From positions 32,001 to 96,000 of the IMG/VR virus record IMGVR_UViG_3300011008_000010: a stretch of 64,000 nt of DNA. One strand, given 5' to 3'. Positions within the stretch are counted from its first letter, which is position 1. Each line of letters begins with the position of its first letter. This DNA is from a virus. Taxonomy: Duplodnaviria; Caudoviricetes. Shown in pieces: positions 29,683 to 40,400 of the stretch. The notes beneath the pieces are model-generated. The model did not search any database. It had not been told where the DNA came from and saw nothing but the letters and a program-made list of their open reading frames with translations. A program made the translations under genes and the position numbers.

Positions 29683-30435
29683 ATGGAATTTAAAATTGAT
29701 ACAGATTGGAAGATAGATGAAGTAAAGATGTATCGTGGCGACGATTATCGTATTAACGATGTTATCTATATTCATCAGCCTAAAGTCGGTGAGATTATTG
29801 ACATGGGCGAAAAAGAATATTATGGAATGCTTTCTGCGTTCACTGCTATTCCTTCTGATCTGAAGGCGCAGTTATGGGAAAAACAAATCAATTGGATGGA
29901 TATATCGGATTTTGATTTATTTTGCATGCTGGTTCGTTCGGTTAAACCCGAACAAAGTTCTCTTCTGTTTGGAGAAGAACTTGATTTTACAAAATTTTAC
30001 CCGTATCTGAACACACAAAACAATATGATAATTCTTGAGGATGACAATGGTGTCCGGATAGATGTCAATCTTTATAACGGTATCGCTCAATACCTCAGAA
30101 AGATGCACGGCATTGTTCCCAAGGTTGAGAAAGCGGCCAATAAAGTTACTTGGAAAGTTCTTATACGCGAATCCCAGATGAATCTGGCCGCAAATGCAAA
30201 GAAGCCGTACAAGTCTACTATGCAGCCTATGCTCTCTTCTATGGTTAATTCTCCGGGATATAAATACAACCTCAAAGAAACTATGGATATTGGTATTGTG
30301 GAGTTCATGGACTCTATTAAAAGAGTTCAGACCATTAACTATGCGCGTGACCTTACGCTCGGCATGTACATGGGAAATATCGATTCTACAAAGATCGATA
30401 AAAAGCAGCTTAATTGGCTGCGAAAACTCGATTGA
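29683..30435 (+). CDS. tail-module protein of unknown function
   Basis: long ORF (IHQPKVGEII, FMDSIKRVQ) directly upstream of the tail tube. Confidence 0.65.
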   Translation: MEFKIDTDWKIDEVKMYRGDDYRINDVIYIHQPKVGEIIDMGEKEYYGMLSAFTAIPSDLKAQLWEKQINWMDISDFDLFCMLVRSVKPEQSSLLFGEELDFTKFYPYLNTQNNMIILEDDNGVRIDVNLYNGIAQYLRKMHGIVPKVEKAANKVTWKVLIRESQMNLAANAKKPYKSTMQPMLSSMVNSPGYKYNLKETMDIGIVEFMDSIKRVQTINYARDLTLGMYMGNIDSTKIDKKQLNWLRKLD

Positions 30436-30463
30436 CTCATTATTCTAAAGGAGATAAATAATC

Positions 30464-31285
30464 ATGTTTGATGTAAATAATTTCATCATTGATCGTGTTC
30501 TTAGAGGTGTTGCCTTTAAGACAAATACGTGGGATATGATTTGGTCCGTCAATCAGCTTACGGATGTCACGCTCTCCTGTTCTAGCGAAGAGACGACTGC
30601 GACCGACGCGCTTGGCACGACCATCATGACTTTCGAACGTGCAAAAACTGCACAGCTTACGGCTACAAATGCTATGTTTGATTTAGGCCTGCTTGCTCAT
30701 ACATTTGGCACAGAGAAAGAAATTGCTTCTTCGTCCAATAAGATTGCTACGCCCAAGTTCGAAGTAATCACGGTTGAGGATGGCGTGTCTGAATACACGC
30801 TGAGTCAGATGCCGAAAGAAGATGTCACGAAGATCTATTCTTTGAATGGAGATGATACGGTTGGTACGGCTTATGATGCGGCAACCGCTGCCTCTGCCAC
30901 CGAGTTCGTGTATAGTGCAGGCAAGATCACGGTTCCGACCGGCGCCGTTGCTGGCCAGGAATTTATTGTAATGTATGAATATGATGCGGAAGAGGCTGTT
31001 TCCGTTATTAACAGCGCGACGAAGTTCCCGACTGCTTTCAAGTTTATCCTTGAGGTTGTTGGTGCGGACGTTTGCGATCCTTCCACGCTGATCTATGCTT
31101 ACATTATCTTCCCGGCTGCGAAGCTGTCTTCGACGGTCGACATCAACATCGCAACCGATGGCGGTGTTCCGATTACGATTAACTGCTATCAGGAATACTG
31201 TGATCGCGAGAAGAAACTGTTCCAGATTATTGTTGTTGGCGATGAAAATGATGGCAGCGTAACTCCGGTCGTTCCGACGCCGTAA
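30464..31285 (+). CDS. major tail (tube) protein
   Basis: 273 aa, T/A/S-rich and beta-rich; strong RBS; position. Confidence 0.75.
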   Translation: MFDVNNFIIDRVLRGVAFKTNTWDMIWSVNQLTDVTLSCSSEETTATDALGTTIMTFERAKTAQLTATNAMFDLGLLAHTFGTEKEIASSSNKIATPKFEVITVEDGVSEYTLSQMPKEDVTKIYSLNGDDTVGTAYDAATAASATEFVYSAGKITVPTGAVAGQEFIVMYEYDAEEAVSVINSATKFPTAFKFILEVVGADVCDPSTLIYAYIIFPAAKLSSTVDINIATDGGVPITINCYQEYCDREKKLFQIIVVGDENDGSVTPVVPTP

Positions 31286-31340
31286 TGGTTATTAGAAAAT
31301 AAACAGACTTTTTCGTTTGTCATGTTTTCCTCTTATTTTG

Positions 31341-31370
31341 GGAGAGATGGGGTCAAACCCATCTCTCCTA
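31341..31370 (+). promoter_or_regulatory. GC-rich hairpin, related to the one at 50176-50207
   Basis: GGAGAGATGGG-GTCAAA-CCCATCTCTCC. Confidence 0.5.
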
Positions 31371-31423
31371 TTCTGGCAATCAATACGCCGGAAACAAATC
31401 ATTCAGAAGGAAAGGATTAAATT

Positions 31424-31960
31424 ATGTCTAAACTTATTTGCAAGGTTTGTGGGTCTGCGTATTCGTATTGCCCAGGGTGCGTTAAAGACATGTATAAACC
31501 TAGGTGGATGGTCAGTTTTGACAGACGTGAATGCAAAGACGTGTTTGACGCACTGGTGATGGCATCTTCTGGGGAGTTGTTGCCCAGTGAGGCGCTTGAT
31601 ATTGTTGATAATTCTGGTGTAGAAGTTAAATCAGAAAGCATTCTAAAGCATATCGCACAGCTTCGTGGAGAAGGTGGTAATAAAGATGTTGCTGCTATAT
31701 CCAAAGAAGTTGTTGAAGAGAAGAAGGAAGAGATAAAAGAAGAGGTCGTAGAAGAAAAACCTCATTCTTTATTCAAAGAAGAAAAGAAGGAAGACGTAAA
31801 AGAAGAATCTAAACAGGAAAAGGGTTTAGGTTCTTTGTTTGGCAAAAATAATAATTTCTCTTCCAATAGTAGAAACAAAGAAAAAACAAAACAGGATGCT
31901 GTGTCAATTGGTTCTGCCATTGAGCAGCTCGACGAAAAACAAGGATACAAAGAGCTCTAA
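31424..31960 (+). CDS. zinc-finger protein with K/E-rich tail
   Basis: CKVCG..YSYCPGC...C. Confidence 0.75.
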   Translation: MSKLICKVCGSAYSYCPGCVKDMYKPRWMVSFDRRECKDVFDALVMASSGELLPSEALDIVDNSGVEVKSESILKHIAQLRGEGGNKDVAAISKEVVEEKKEEIKEEVVEEKPHSLFKEEKKEDVKEESKQEKGLGSLFGKNNNFSSNSRNKEKTKQDAVSIGSAIEQLDEKQGYKEL

Positions 31961-32017
31961 AAGAAATGTCGTTACCTTACGCTGATAGGTTTTAAAACGA
32001 AGTAGGATTTGAGTGCG

Positions 32018-32055
32018 TAGGGTGTTAGGCATTATTGCTCGACACCCTATTTTTT
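32018..32055 (+). terminator. intrinsic terminator
   Basis: TAGGGTGT...ACACCCTA followed by T6. Confidence 0.6.
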
Positions 32056-32073
32056 CCGGAAAGAAAGGACATT

Positions 32074-32289
32074 ATGGTTTCAACAATTACTGGGAAATAT
32101 TATAACGAAGATCAGGCCGTGCCATTTTCAAATATGAAACAGGCATATGCCTATATGGAAAGAGGGGTTATACCTCTCGATGTATTTGCAGGAAAAGATA
32201 AGATTGTATTTGTGTTCTCAAGAGAAGACCATGATAAATGGAAAATGCATTGGAGGAAACCTTTTGACCGCGAAAATATTGAGGCTTAG
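32074..32289 (+). CDS. small phage protein
   Basis: ATG after GAAAGGA; STITGKYY..N.KQ...Y...G..PLD...VFVF. Confidence 0.7.
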   Translation: MVSTITGKYYNEDQAVPFSNMKQAYAYMERGVIPLDVFAGKDKIVFVFSREDHDKWKMHWRKPFDRENIEA

Positions 32290-32719
32290 TATTACTCAAA
32301 AAGACGTAGACGCCTACAATGCAAAGTATTTTGAAGAACATCCAAAAAGAAAGAAGGCTCCTATAGACAGACCGATACATCCAAGCATGAACAAATGGAT
32401 GACGATCAACAATCGTATGACAATGAATAATCTGAAGCAGAATTGGAAAGACTTTGCCGTGTTTTGGTGTGAACGGCATAAGGTTGCTGGGATGATGTTA
32501 GATGATTATGCGATTGAATATACGGTCTATATGCCTTCTAAGCGCAGAGCGGATCCGGATAATTATACTTGCAAATTTTTGTTAGATGGATTCGTAGAAG
32601 CCGGATTTCTTGTGGATGATGATGGCCAACATATGAGAGCACTTATACTAAGAACAGGTTACAGTAAAGACGATCCAAGAACGGACATAAGTGTTAAGAT
32701 TTTTGAAAAGGAGAAATAA
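32264..32719 (+). CDS. rusA: RusA-like Holliday junction resolvase
   Basis: RRADPDNY.CKFLLDGFVEAGFLVDDD and PRTDI; TTG after GGAGG. Confidence 0.8.
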   Translation: MTAKILRLSITQKDVDAYNAKYFEEHPKRKKAPIDRPIHPSMNKWMTINNRMTMNNLKQNWKDFAVFWCERHKVAGMMLDDYAIEYTVYMPSKRRADPDNYTCKFLLDGFVEAGFLVDDDGQHMRALILRTGYSKDDPRTDISVKIFEKEK

Positions 32720-32720
32720 A

Positions 32721-33200
32721 ATGAGACTTAGCGAGTTATATGAAAAATGGAGTGAGGCACTCCAGGATGCAAAAACAAAAGAGGACGAATTAAATAAGAA
32801 GTATGCATTGTTTGATGAACATATTAAAATTGTGCATTTATCTGCAAGTGACAAACTTGCATTGATCAGGACGACGCTTAGTGAATGTATCAAAAATGAT
32901 AATGGCTATGATTATGTTGATCATGGCCTGTTTAAAATTGTAAGTTTGCTGATGATTGTATCACGTATGACAAATATTGAATTCGAACGCAACATCGAGA
33001 AGAAGGACGACGAAGAAGAATCTCCTAAATCGGTTTCAAATTACGATATGTTGACAAGCATGGGCGTTGACGATTATTTGTGGGATAGAGACATGAAAGA
33101 ACGCGAAGAGTATCAGGACTTTATCATCGCAGAAATGGATACTATTAAAGAAAAGAATAGTGTTGCTGCCGTGCTTGCAAAGAAGTTTAAGACGGAATAA
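32721..33200 (+). CDS. hypothetical protein, possible tail assembly chaperone
   Basis: AAGGAG RBS; N-terminus MRLSELYEK similar to the next gene. Confidence 0.65.
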   Translation: MRLSELYEKWSEALQDAKTKEDELNKKYALFDEHIKIVHLSASDKLALIRTTLSECIKNDNGYDYVDHGLFKIVSLLMIVSRMTNIEFERNIEKKDDEEESPKSVSNYDMLTSMGVDDYLWDRDMKEREEYQDFIIAEMDTIKEKNSVAAVLAKKFKTE

Positions 33201-33221
33201 AAGGAATGAAGGAGATATATA

Positions 33222-33791
33222 ATGAAGGTGTCTGAATTATATGAAAAATATACGGCGTTAGAGGATAAGTCTTCTGCCGATGCTCTCTTTTCTGAAAGCT
33301 TTGGTTTTATCAGAAGAAGCACAGATGAAGTTCTCTATTATTTAGAAAGCATGTTGTCTGCATGTATAGATGAAGCAGATGGGTTGAGATATCTTAACGA
33401 ATTGTCTTGGGAGATCGGAACGTTTGTATTGAAGTTCTCTTTGTTTACAGATCTAGTTATGAATGATTCTAAAGGCAACGAAGAATCTGATTATGACATG
33501 TTGTTTGACATGGGCATAGACAAGTATTTCGTTAAACATTTTAGTGAATGCGCAAACAGATACGATAAGTTAAAAAGTCTTATGAAGAAGAACTTTGTAT
33601 ATACGACTTCTGTAGATTTTGTTTTAAAGAGTAGCATTCAAAAGATAACTGAAGGCGTTGTGACTGCTGCCGGTAAATTTGCAGATGCTGTTGAGAATTT
33701 TGATCCGTCTCAGATCGATAAAATTCAGGAACTGCTCGTTCATATGAATGATAGTGTAAATGCAGTTCAAAATATTCGTGGTATCAACTAA
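33222..33791 (+). CDS. hypothetical protein, paralog of the upstream gene
   Basis: MKVSELYEK...YDMLFDMGID vs MRLSELYEK...YDMLTSMGVD. Confidence 0.65.
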   Translation: MKVSELYEKYTALEDKSSADALFSESFGFIRRSTDEVLYYLESMLSACIDEADGLRYLNELSWEIGTFVLKFSLFTDLVMNDSKGNEESDYDMLFDMGIDKYFVKHFSECANRYDKLKSLMKKNFVYTTSVDFVLKSSIQKITEGVVTAAGKFADAVENFDPSQIDKIQELLVHMNDSVNAVQNIRGIN

Positions 33792-33843
33792 TACAAATAA
33801 TTCTTTATTTTAATAGATTTTTTGTGGAAAGGAGGTAATCATT

Positions 33844-34497
33844 ATGCCGCAACAAGATCTAGATCGTGATGTGCTGTTGATATTCAGAGACGCTACGAGA
33901 GTTGCTTCAAAAGAAGTAAAAGAGCTTATGGAACGAAGCGCGAAAATAGCGATGACTAAATTTTATAATGATTATACTCCTAAGTATTACAAGAGAACTG
34001 ATAATCTCAGAAATGCTTATAAAGGTTACATCGACTCAGAGTATGGTCATGCAACAAAGAACGAAATTAAAAGACGTAACAGAAACCAATCAATTGAGCA
34101 TTCGGCATATTTGAAGGTATCTACAGCATATATGCCACATAGTCATCATAAGGCTGCTAATGGCGGCGGTATTTATAATAAACCGGCTGTGATGACATAT
34201 AGCTATTTCTTAGGTTTCCACGGTGCTCCTTTTATTACAATGAGGCAAAATCGTAAGGAAGGTGTTTTGGAAAGGCAAATCAAATGGTTTGGTTCAGTGC
34301 CGAGATTATTAACAAGCGGAGAGTCCCAAATAGCCGTAAGAACATCTCCCACTCCGGACGAAATTATCGAAAGGCGTGTTGACGCTATTGCTAAAAATCC
34401 AGACAGACTGAATGCGATTATGAACGAAGCTTTCGAGCAAGCGTTTGTAAAGGTTTCGAACAACTTAGATGAAATTATATCTAAGGCGAGGTTGTAA
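33844..34497 (+). CDS. putative neck/tail protein
   Basis: FYNDYTPKYYKRT.NL and GFHG motifs; directly upstream of the tape measure gene. Confidence 0.6.
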   Translation: MPQQDLDRDVLLIFRDATRVASKEVKELMERSAKIAMTKFYNDYTPKYYKRTDNLRNAYKGYIDSEYGHATKNEIKRRNRNQSIEHSAYLKVSTAYMPHSHHKAANGGGIYNKPAVMTYSYFLGFHGAPFITMRQNRKEGVLERQIKWFGSVPRLLTSGESQIAVRTSPTPDEIIERRVDAIAKNPDRLNAIMNEAFEQAFVKVSNNLDEIISKARL

Positions 34498-34499
34498 GT

Positions 34500-37400
34500 A
34501 TGGCCAGTAATCAAGTAGAAAAAGTATTTAAATTCAGGGTTGATGTAGAGAATCCCTCGCAACAGTTTAAAAAGCTGTCACAAGAGGTTAAAAAACAAGT
34601 CGAACTATCAGCCACAGAAATAAAGATTCGCCCTGATGAAAATACAATTCCTGCTATCGCAAAAATACTTAGAGAAATTGAAGATAAGACAGGAATTACA
34701 ATTGACGTTGAAGCAAATTTGCAAAACGTTGAAAATCAGATTGCGAATTTAAAGAAACAGCTCAAAGATTTGAAATCTCCTTCTGAAATTGTTCCTAATA
34801 TGCGCAATATAGACAAGACGAATTATCTTAACGATCTTGCCAAAGACGCAAAGACGGCGAAGAAGGATGTTGAAGAACTTGGCAAAAAAGCGGAAGAAGC
34901 ATTTGCATCATTTGAGAGAAATAAAAATCGTAGAACTTATAGCGAATCATACAAAGAAGATTTGAAGAAGTTTCAGGAAGAATTTGTTCTTGAAACGAAA
35001 CTGTCTGATGTAAGAGATAAAGCTTTAGAGCAATTACAGGCTATTTCCAGTACGCCTGGTTGGGCTAACGAAGCTACAGAAGTGGCCAAGGTCATTGAAC
35101 TATTAAAGCAAGTTCAGTTGATTAACGAGAGAATCGTTGAACAACGGAAGAAAATGACTGAAGATCAGAAGCAGTTTTATAATGATAACGGTGTCACTAC
35201 AAATACAAAGATGCCTTCTGGTATAGATGCCAGTGCCGTATCTAAAAAGGTCGAACAAATTGCCAAAAGTTCCGATGGTCTTGTCGCATCTATTCAGGAG
35301 AATTTAAAGTCTCTACAAGCTGAAAAGAGAATGTTGGATGATCTTACAAAGTCCATGCAGGAATTTACAGCAGCGACAGATCAATCTGTTCAGACCGGTG
35401 GCAAAGGTGGTAGTGATACCGGGCTTGAGATATCTCCTACCGGATCAATTGATATCAGAGCGAATGCAAAGATTGAAATAACAGGACATGATGTAACGGT
35501 TATTCCGGAAAGTCCTGTTACTATTACCGGATCTAATGTCAGCATCGATATTGAAGCCGGTGCGTTCAATGGATTGAAAACTAAATCTTTGCAGAACGCA
35601 ATCGATATGATCAAGCAGATTGACGCTGCTATTAAGAACCATCAGACAATGACTCCTGAGATTAAAGAGGGGTCGTTAAAAATCGAGAGCGTAATACCTA
35701 AGAAGGTCAGCACGCTTACTATACCGGTTAAATTAGGTAAGTTGTCAGCAGAGAAGGTTAATAATTTTGTTGCAACTGCAAGTACAGAAGTTGCCGGTAT
35801 GGGAGCTGCCGTATTGATGAATACGGGGCTTAGAGATATAGCAAAAAAGGAAATTAATCGAGTAATTTCCGATACTAATAAAAAGGCAAAAACCGCTACA
35901 ACCAAGGTTAAGTTGGAAGCAGAACTTGTACTTGGCAAAGGAACGAGTGAAAAGGTTTCTGGAATTGAAGAAAAGGTCGGCTCTCTAACCGAGTCATTTG
36001 CTAATCTTCCAAGTACAATAACCGGTTCTGCCACAGAGAGTGTTCGTGCACTTGAAGAACTTAGAAAAATTATCGCCGATATTGACGAGAAGGTAAAAGA
36101 TATATCTAATGTCAAAATTACGCTTAGACATACCTCTCAGAAAGATGGCGGTAGTAGTAGTAGAAGTTCTTCTGGTAGTGGCACATCTTCTATTTCTGGC
36201 GGTCAGATGTCGAAGTTGTCTTCTTATGTAAAAGGAGTTTCAATTCCTAATACATCGGAACTTGATATAAAAGAATTAAGGCTTATATATCTTGAGCTCA
36301 TGAAGATATACGGACTTGCTGAAAAGATTCCGAAGGCAATGTTCGGCGAAGGCGAGAACTATATTAATTTTTCGAAAGAGCGTCTTGTTGCAGAAATAGA
36401 GGCTCTTCAACAGAGAGATGCTGTTCTAAAGGAAGAACAGAAAGTCGAAAAGGCGGTAAATGATTATCTCAAAAAGCAGATTTCGCTTCGTAACGAATTA
36501 GGAAAGAAGCAACAGGATCTTCGAGAGAAAATGGCCGAGATGTATAACGGCCTTTTCTATGGAGATGAGAATGCTAGAGACAGTCTAAACAATCTGCTTG
36601 AATCAATTGATCTCGATAAAATGATGTCGGATGGGAATCTTGACGTTGCCAAGAAAGTTCTTGGCGATGTTGCTTCTATTGTAAAGGAGATCCAGGATTC
36701 TAACAAAAAAGGTGCCACGGAAGCCAATAAAGCCCTCGAAGAAGCCGTCGAGAAAAGCAAACAGCAGCTTGAACTTGCCAAGCAGAGACGCGAACTCGAA
36801 GAAAAGATAACAAACATGAAGTCTGCGGTAGGATCTAATGACGATGAGTTCTATTCGAAGACCATAAACGAAATAGAGTCCGCGTTTAAGAAAATTGACG
36901 ATCACGGTCTTGCCGATAACATTGGCATCGAAAAGAGTAAACTTGATGAGATTAGTGAAGGATATAAGAATGTCACTAATATGATTAATTCTGCTTATGA
37001 CGCAGAGTTAAAAAGAGAAAAGGCGGCAGATGAGTCCTTTAAATTCCAACAGCAAATAATCAATCAACAAAATAATCTTCTAAAAGAAAAAGCAGAGCTT
37101 GAGCAGAAAATCCAGAAGATGTATGAGGATGGAATTGTTCGGGCAGAGAAGCTAAGAGACGTTGAAGAAGAACTTGCTAAGATTGATATTTCAAGCCCTT
37201 ATGATACTAATGGCAAAGCAAATCCTCTTGGCGGGGATGTTTTAAATAATTATGGGCAATCGCTTGACAACATAAGAAAGAATCTCGTAAATCTTGAAGC
37301 GCAAGAAAAGAAGGAGCTTGATGGCAGAAAGAAATTAGCCGGTTTCCTGCTAAACGAAAAAGAACTTCGTGAAAAGATTGCAGAGTTAAGAACTTATGGC

Positions 37401-40400
37401 AGTACGGATAAAGAACAGCTTGATAAGTTAGAGCAAGAGCTGAATACTTTTAATCTTGATAAGCTTGCAGAAAAAGCAGAGGCTCCTGCCAGAAAAGCAA
37501 TTGACGAGATTACTGTCGGACTTGGCAAGGTTAGAAAAGAACTTTTTGAAATTGAAAAAGCTACTATCAAACCGGCCAGTGCCTTAAAAGATCTTGGTAA
37601 GAAACTAAGAAGTTTTACCGGAACGCAAGAATGGCGCGACACATCTGATGCAAATATTGGCCTTAATTATATTGGATCAGAAGAGCAGCTTGCCAAAATA
37701 AGAGCTGCACGTCAGGAAATTGCACAGCTTGTTGAAACTGTCGGCAATATCAGCAAAGAATTCACCAAAGAAGAAGCCGAGAAGTTTACAAAGCAATATG
37801 AGAATGCAATCAGTAAGTTTGAAAATGCCGTAAGAAATGTTCAGAGAAAGACGGCTAAGAGCGGGAATGTTACTGTTCTTGGTACGGACACGTTGCATCA
37901 AGTTCAGGAAGTTGAAGATGCTATTAAACGCATTAATGAAATAGGTGCAAATGCTAATATTCAATGGACCACAAAAACAACCGGCGACATTACAAGGCTT
38001 ACCGGTGTTCTTACTGAAAATGATGGTACGGTAAAGACTCTTGTATATGATTACAATAATCTTACTACAGAGTTGTCTGAAGTAAGCGTCACAGAAAAGC
38101 AAACTGAAACATTTATGCAGCGCATAACAAAGTTGCTTCGCCAGAGAAGCGATGCTTTGATTGCGTACATTGGTACGTTCGCAAGTTTCTATCAAGTTAT
38201 GGGGAAACTTCGTGAAGGTGCTACTATTATCAAACAATTAGATACAAACATGACGGAGCTTCGTCGTGTTAGCGGTGCGACCAGAGGAGAATTGGAAGCT
38301 TTTAAGAGCACCGTTTTTGATATCGGTAGAGAAATTGGTTCTGCCGGAGATACAATTATAAAGCTTGCAGCAGATTATGCAAGACTTGGTTATTCATTAA
38401 GTGAAGCAAGCGAACTCGCTAAAGCATCTGCAATGTATATGAATGTAGGTTTTATTGATGATGCGACTTTTGCTATGGAAAGTTTAACATCGACGATGAA
38501 AGCTTACGGGATGCAAGCGAGTGAAGTTGCAGATATTGTTGATTAGAGTCGTTATCATATTGAAATAGATAACGATATATAGTTAGTCTATAGAGAAATC
38601 CGTAGATAGCGCGTTAAACGCCAACAAAGAAACTGAATTGCTGGGATACCGTAAAACTAATAGAACTACAACATAGGGATGAAACAAACTCAAGTGTGAA
38701 TGTGGCGAAAGCAGAAAAAATCTATTAGATGGCACATGGTTAAATCCTAAATGCTTCTACAAGAAATTGGTAATCAGCAGCCAAGCTCCGAACAGGAGAA
38801 GGTTCAACGACTATCCCTCGTGAGGGGAGTACACGCAAGCGCGTGGAAGTGGTTTCGCCTAAACGTATCGTAAGGTACGCATGGATAAGATATAGTCTGT
38901 GCCTTACTGAAAGGTAAGGAAGTTCATAAGAGAACTGCATGAGAAGTAGCGAGCTTATGTGAACGACGCCTCTAAAACGGCTAAAGTTGTGTGGTAATTA
39001 ACAAGTGGTTGTTACCGCTATGCATATGTAAAATTTTTAATATGTTTTTTTGCTTGACTTATTAGGGATAAATGCAGCATAATATTTATCGTGTAGTGGA
39101 TATATAATTTATTTATAGGTTTTGCGCATATGATTAAATCATATAGATTTAGACTTTATCCCAATAAAAGTCAAAGAGAACTTATGGCTCAAACATTTGG
39201 TAATTGCAGATTTGTCTATAATTATTATTTGGATAAAAGAATAAAATACTATGAAGAAACCAAAGAAACGTTTGGGTTTTATCAATGTTGCAAAGATTTA
39301 ACAGAATTAAAGAAGAAGTATGAATGGCTTCAAATATCCGATAAATGGGCTTTGCAAAACACATTGAAAGATTTGGACTTTGCGTTTAAAAATTTCTTTA
39401 GAAATAATGGTTATGGATATCCTCGGTTTAAATCAAAGAAAACACATAGATATTCTTATAAAACTACTTTTACAAATAATAATATAAAATGGTCGAAATC
39501 TGCAATTAGACTCCCAAAATTAGGTTGGGTTAAAGTAAGAGACAAACAAATACCACAAGGCAGAATTCTTAATGCTACGGTAAAACATGAACCATCTGGA
39601 AAATATTATTGTTGTATTTGTTGTACGGATGTTGAAATATCTCAACTTCCAAAAACGGGTTTAAACATTGGAATGGATTTAGGCCTTAAAGAATTTGCAG
39701 TTACCAATGACGGAACGAAGATAAATAATCCTAAGCACCTAGATAAGTCACTAAAGAAGCTTGTTAAATTGCAGCGAGAACTAGACCGAAAGACAAGGAA
39801 TAGCAATCGTTGGAATAAGCAAAGAATTAAAGTGGCTAGAATGTACGAGCGGATTACGAATCAAAGAAAAGATTTCTTGCAAAAATTATCCACGCAGATA
39901 ATATCAGACTATGACATTGTATGTCTTGAAAAATTAGACATACAAGAAATGATTGAACGTGCTGATTTTTCAAGAAGTATATTTGACGTATCATGGAACA
40001 TGTTTGTTCGAATGCTCGGATATAAAGCCGAATGGTACGGTAAAAAGGTGGTTAGGGTTGATAGATGGTACGCCAGTTCGCAAATTTGTTCGTGTTGTGG
40101 GCATGTTTACAAAAAGACAAAAAGTTTGTTAGTTCGGGAATGGACGTGTCTTAAATGTAAAACTCATCACGACAGAGATGTGAACGCTGCAAAAAACATA
40201 TTAAAAGAAGGGCTTCGAATAGCCTAATGTATGTATAGCGGTAGGAACTACCGTGTTAGCTCGTGGAGAAAGTAGGTAACGAAATCTGTGAAACGAGAAT
40301 CCGCAACTTTAGTTGTGTGAGGTTCAGAAGTTTAATGAAGTGGGTAAATTGTTGCCCTTGAATGGCTATATCGGTCAAAGGGTGGGGACACCAGAGACCG

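Larger units (their letters stand above)
38544..40327 (+). mobile_element. group I intron fused to tnpB and an IS605 right end (IStron-like, no tnpA)
   Basis: core elements AATTGCTGGGA (38636), AATCAGCAG (38772), TTCAACGACTA (38803), AAGATATAGTCT (38887); follows TTGAT; ends in hairpin CGCAACTTTAGTTGTG...GTTCAG. Confidence 0.9.

Noticed and set aside
38544-38546. TAG readthrough or alternative genetic code
   Set aside because: The downstream sequence is a group I core, not coding, and other genes end normally at TAG
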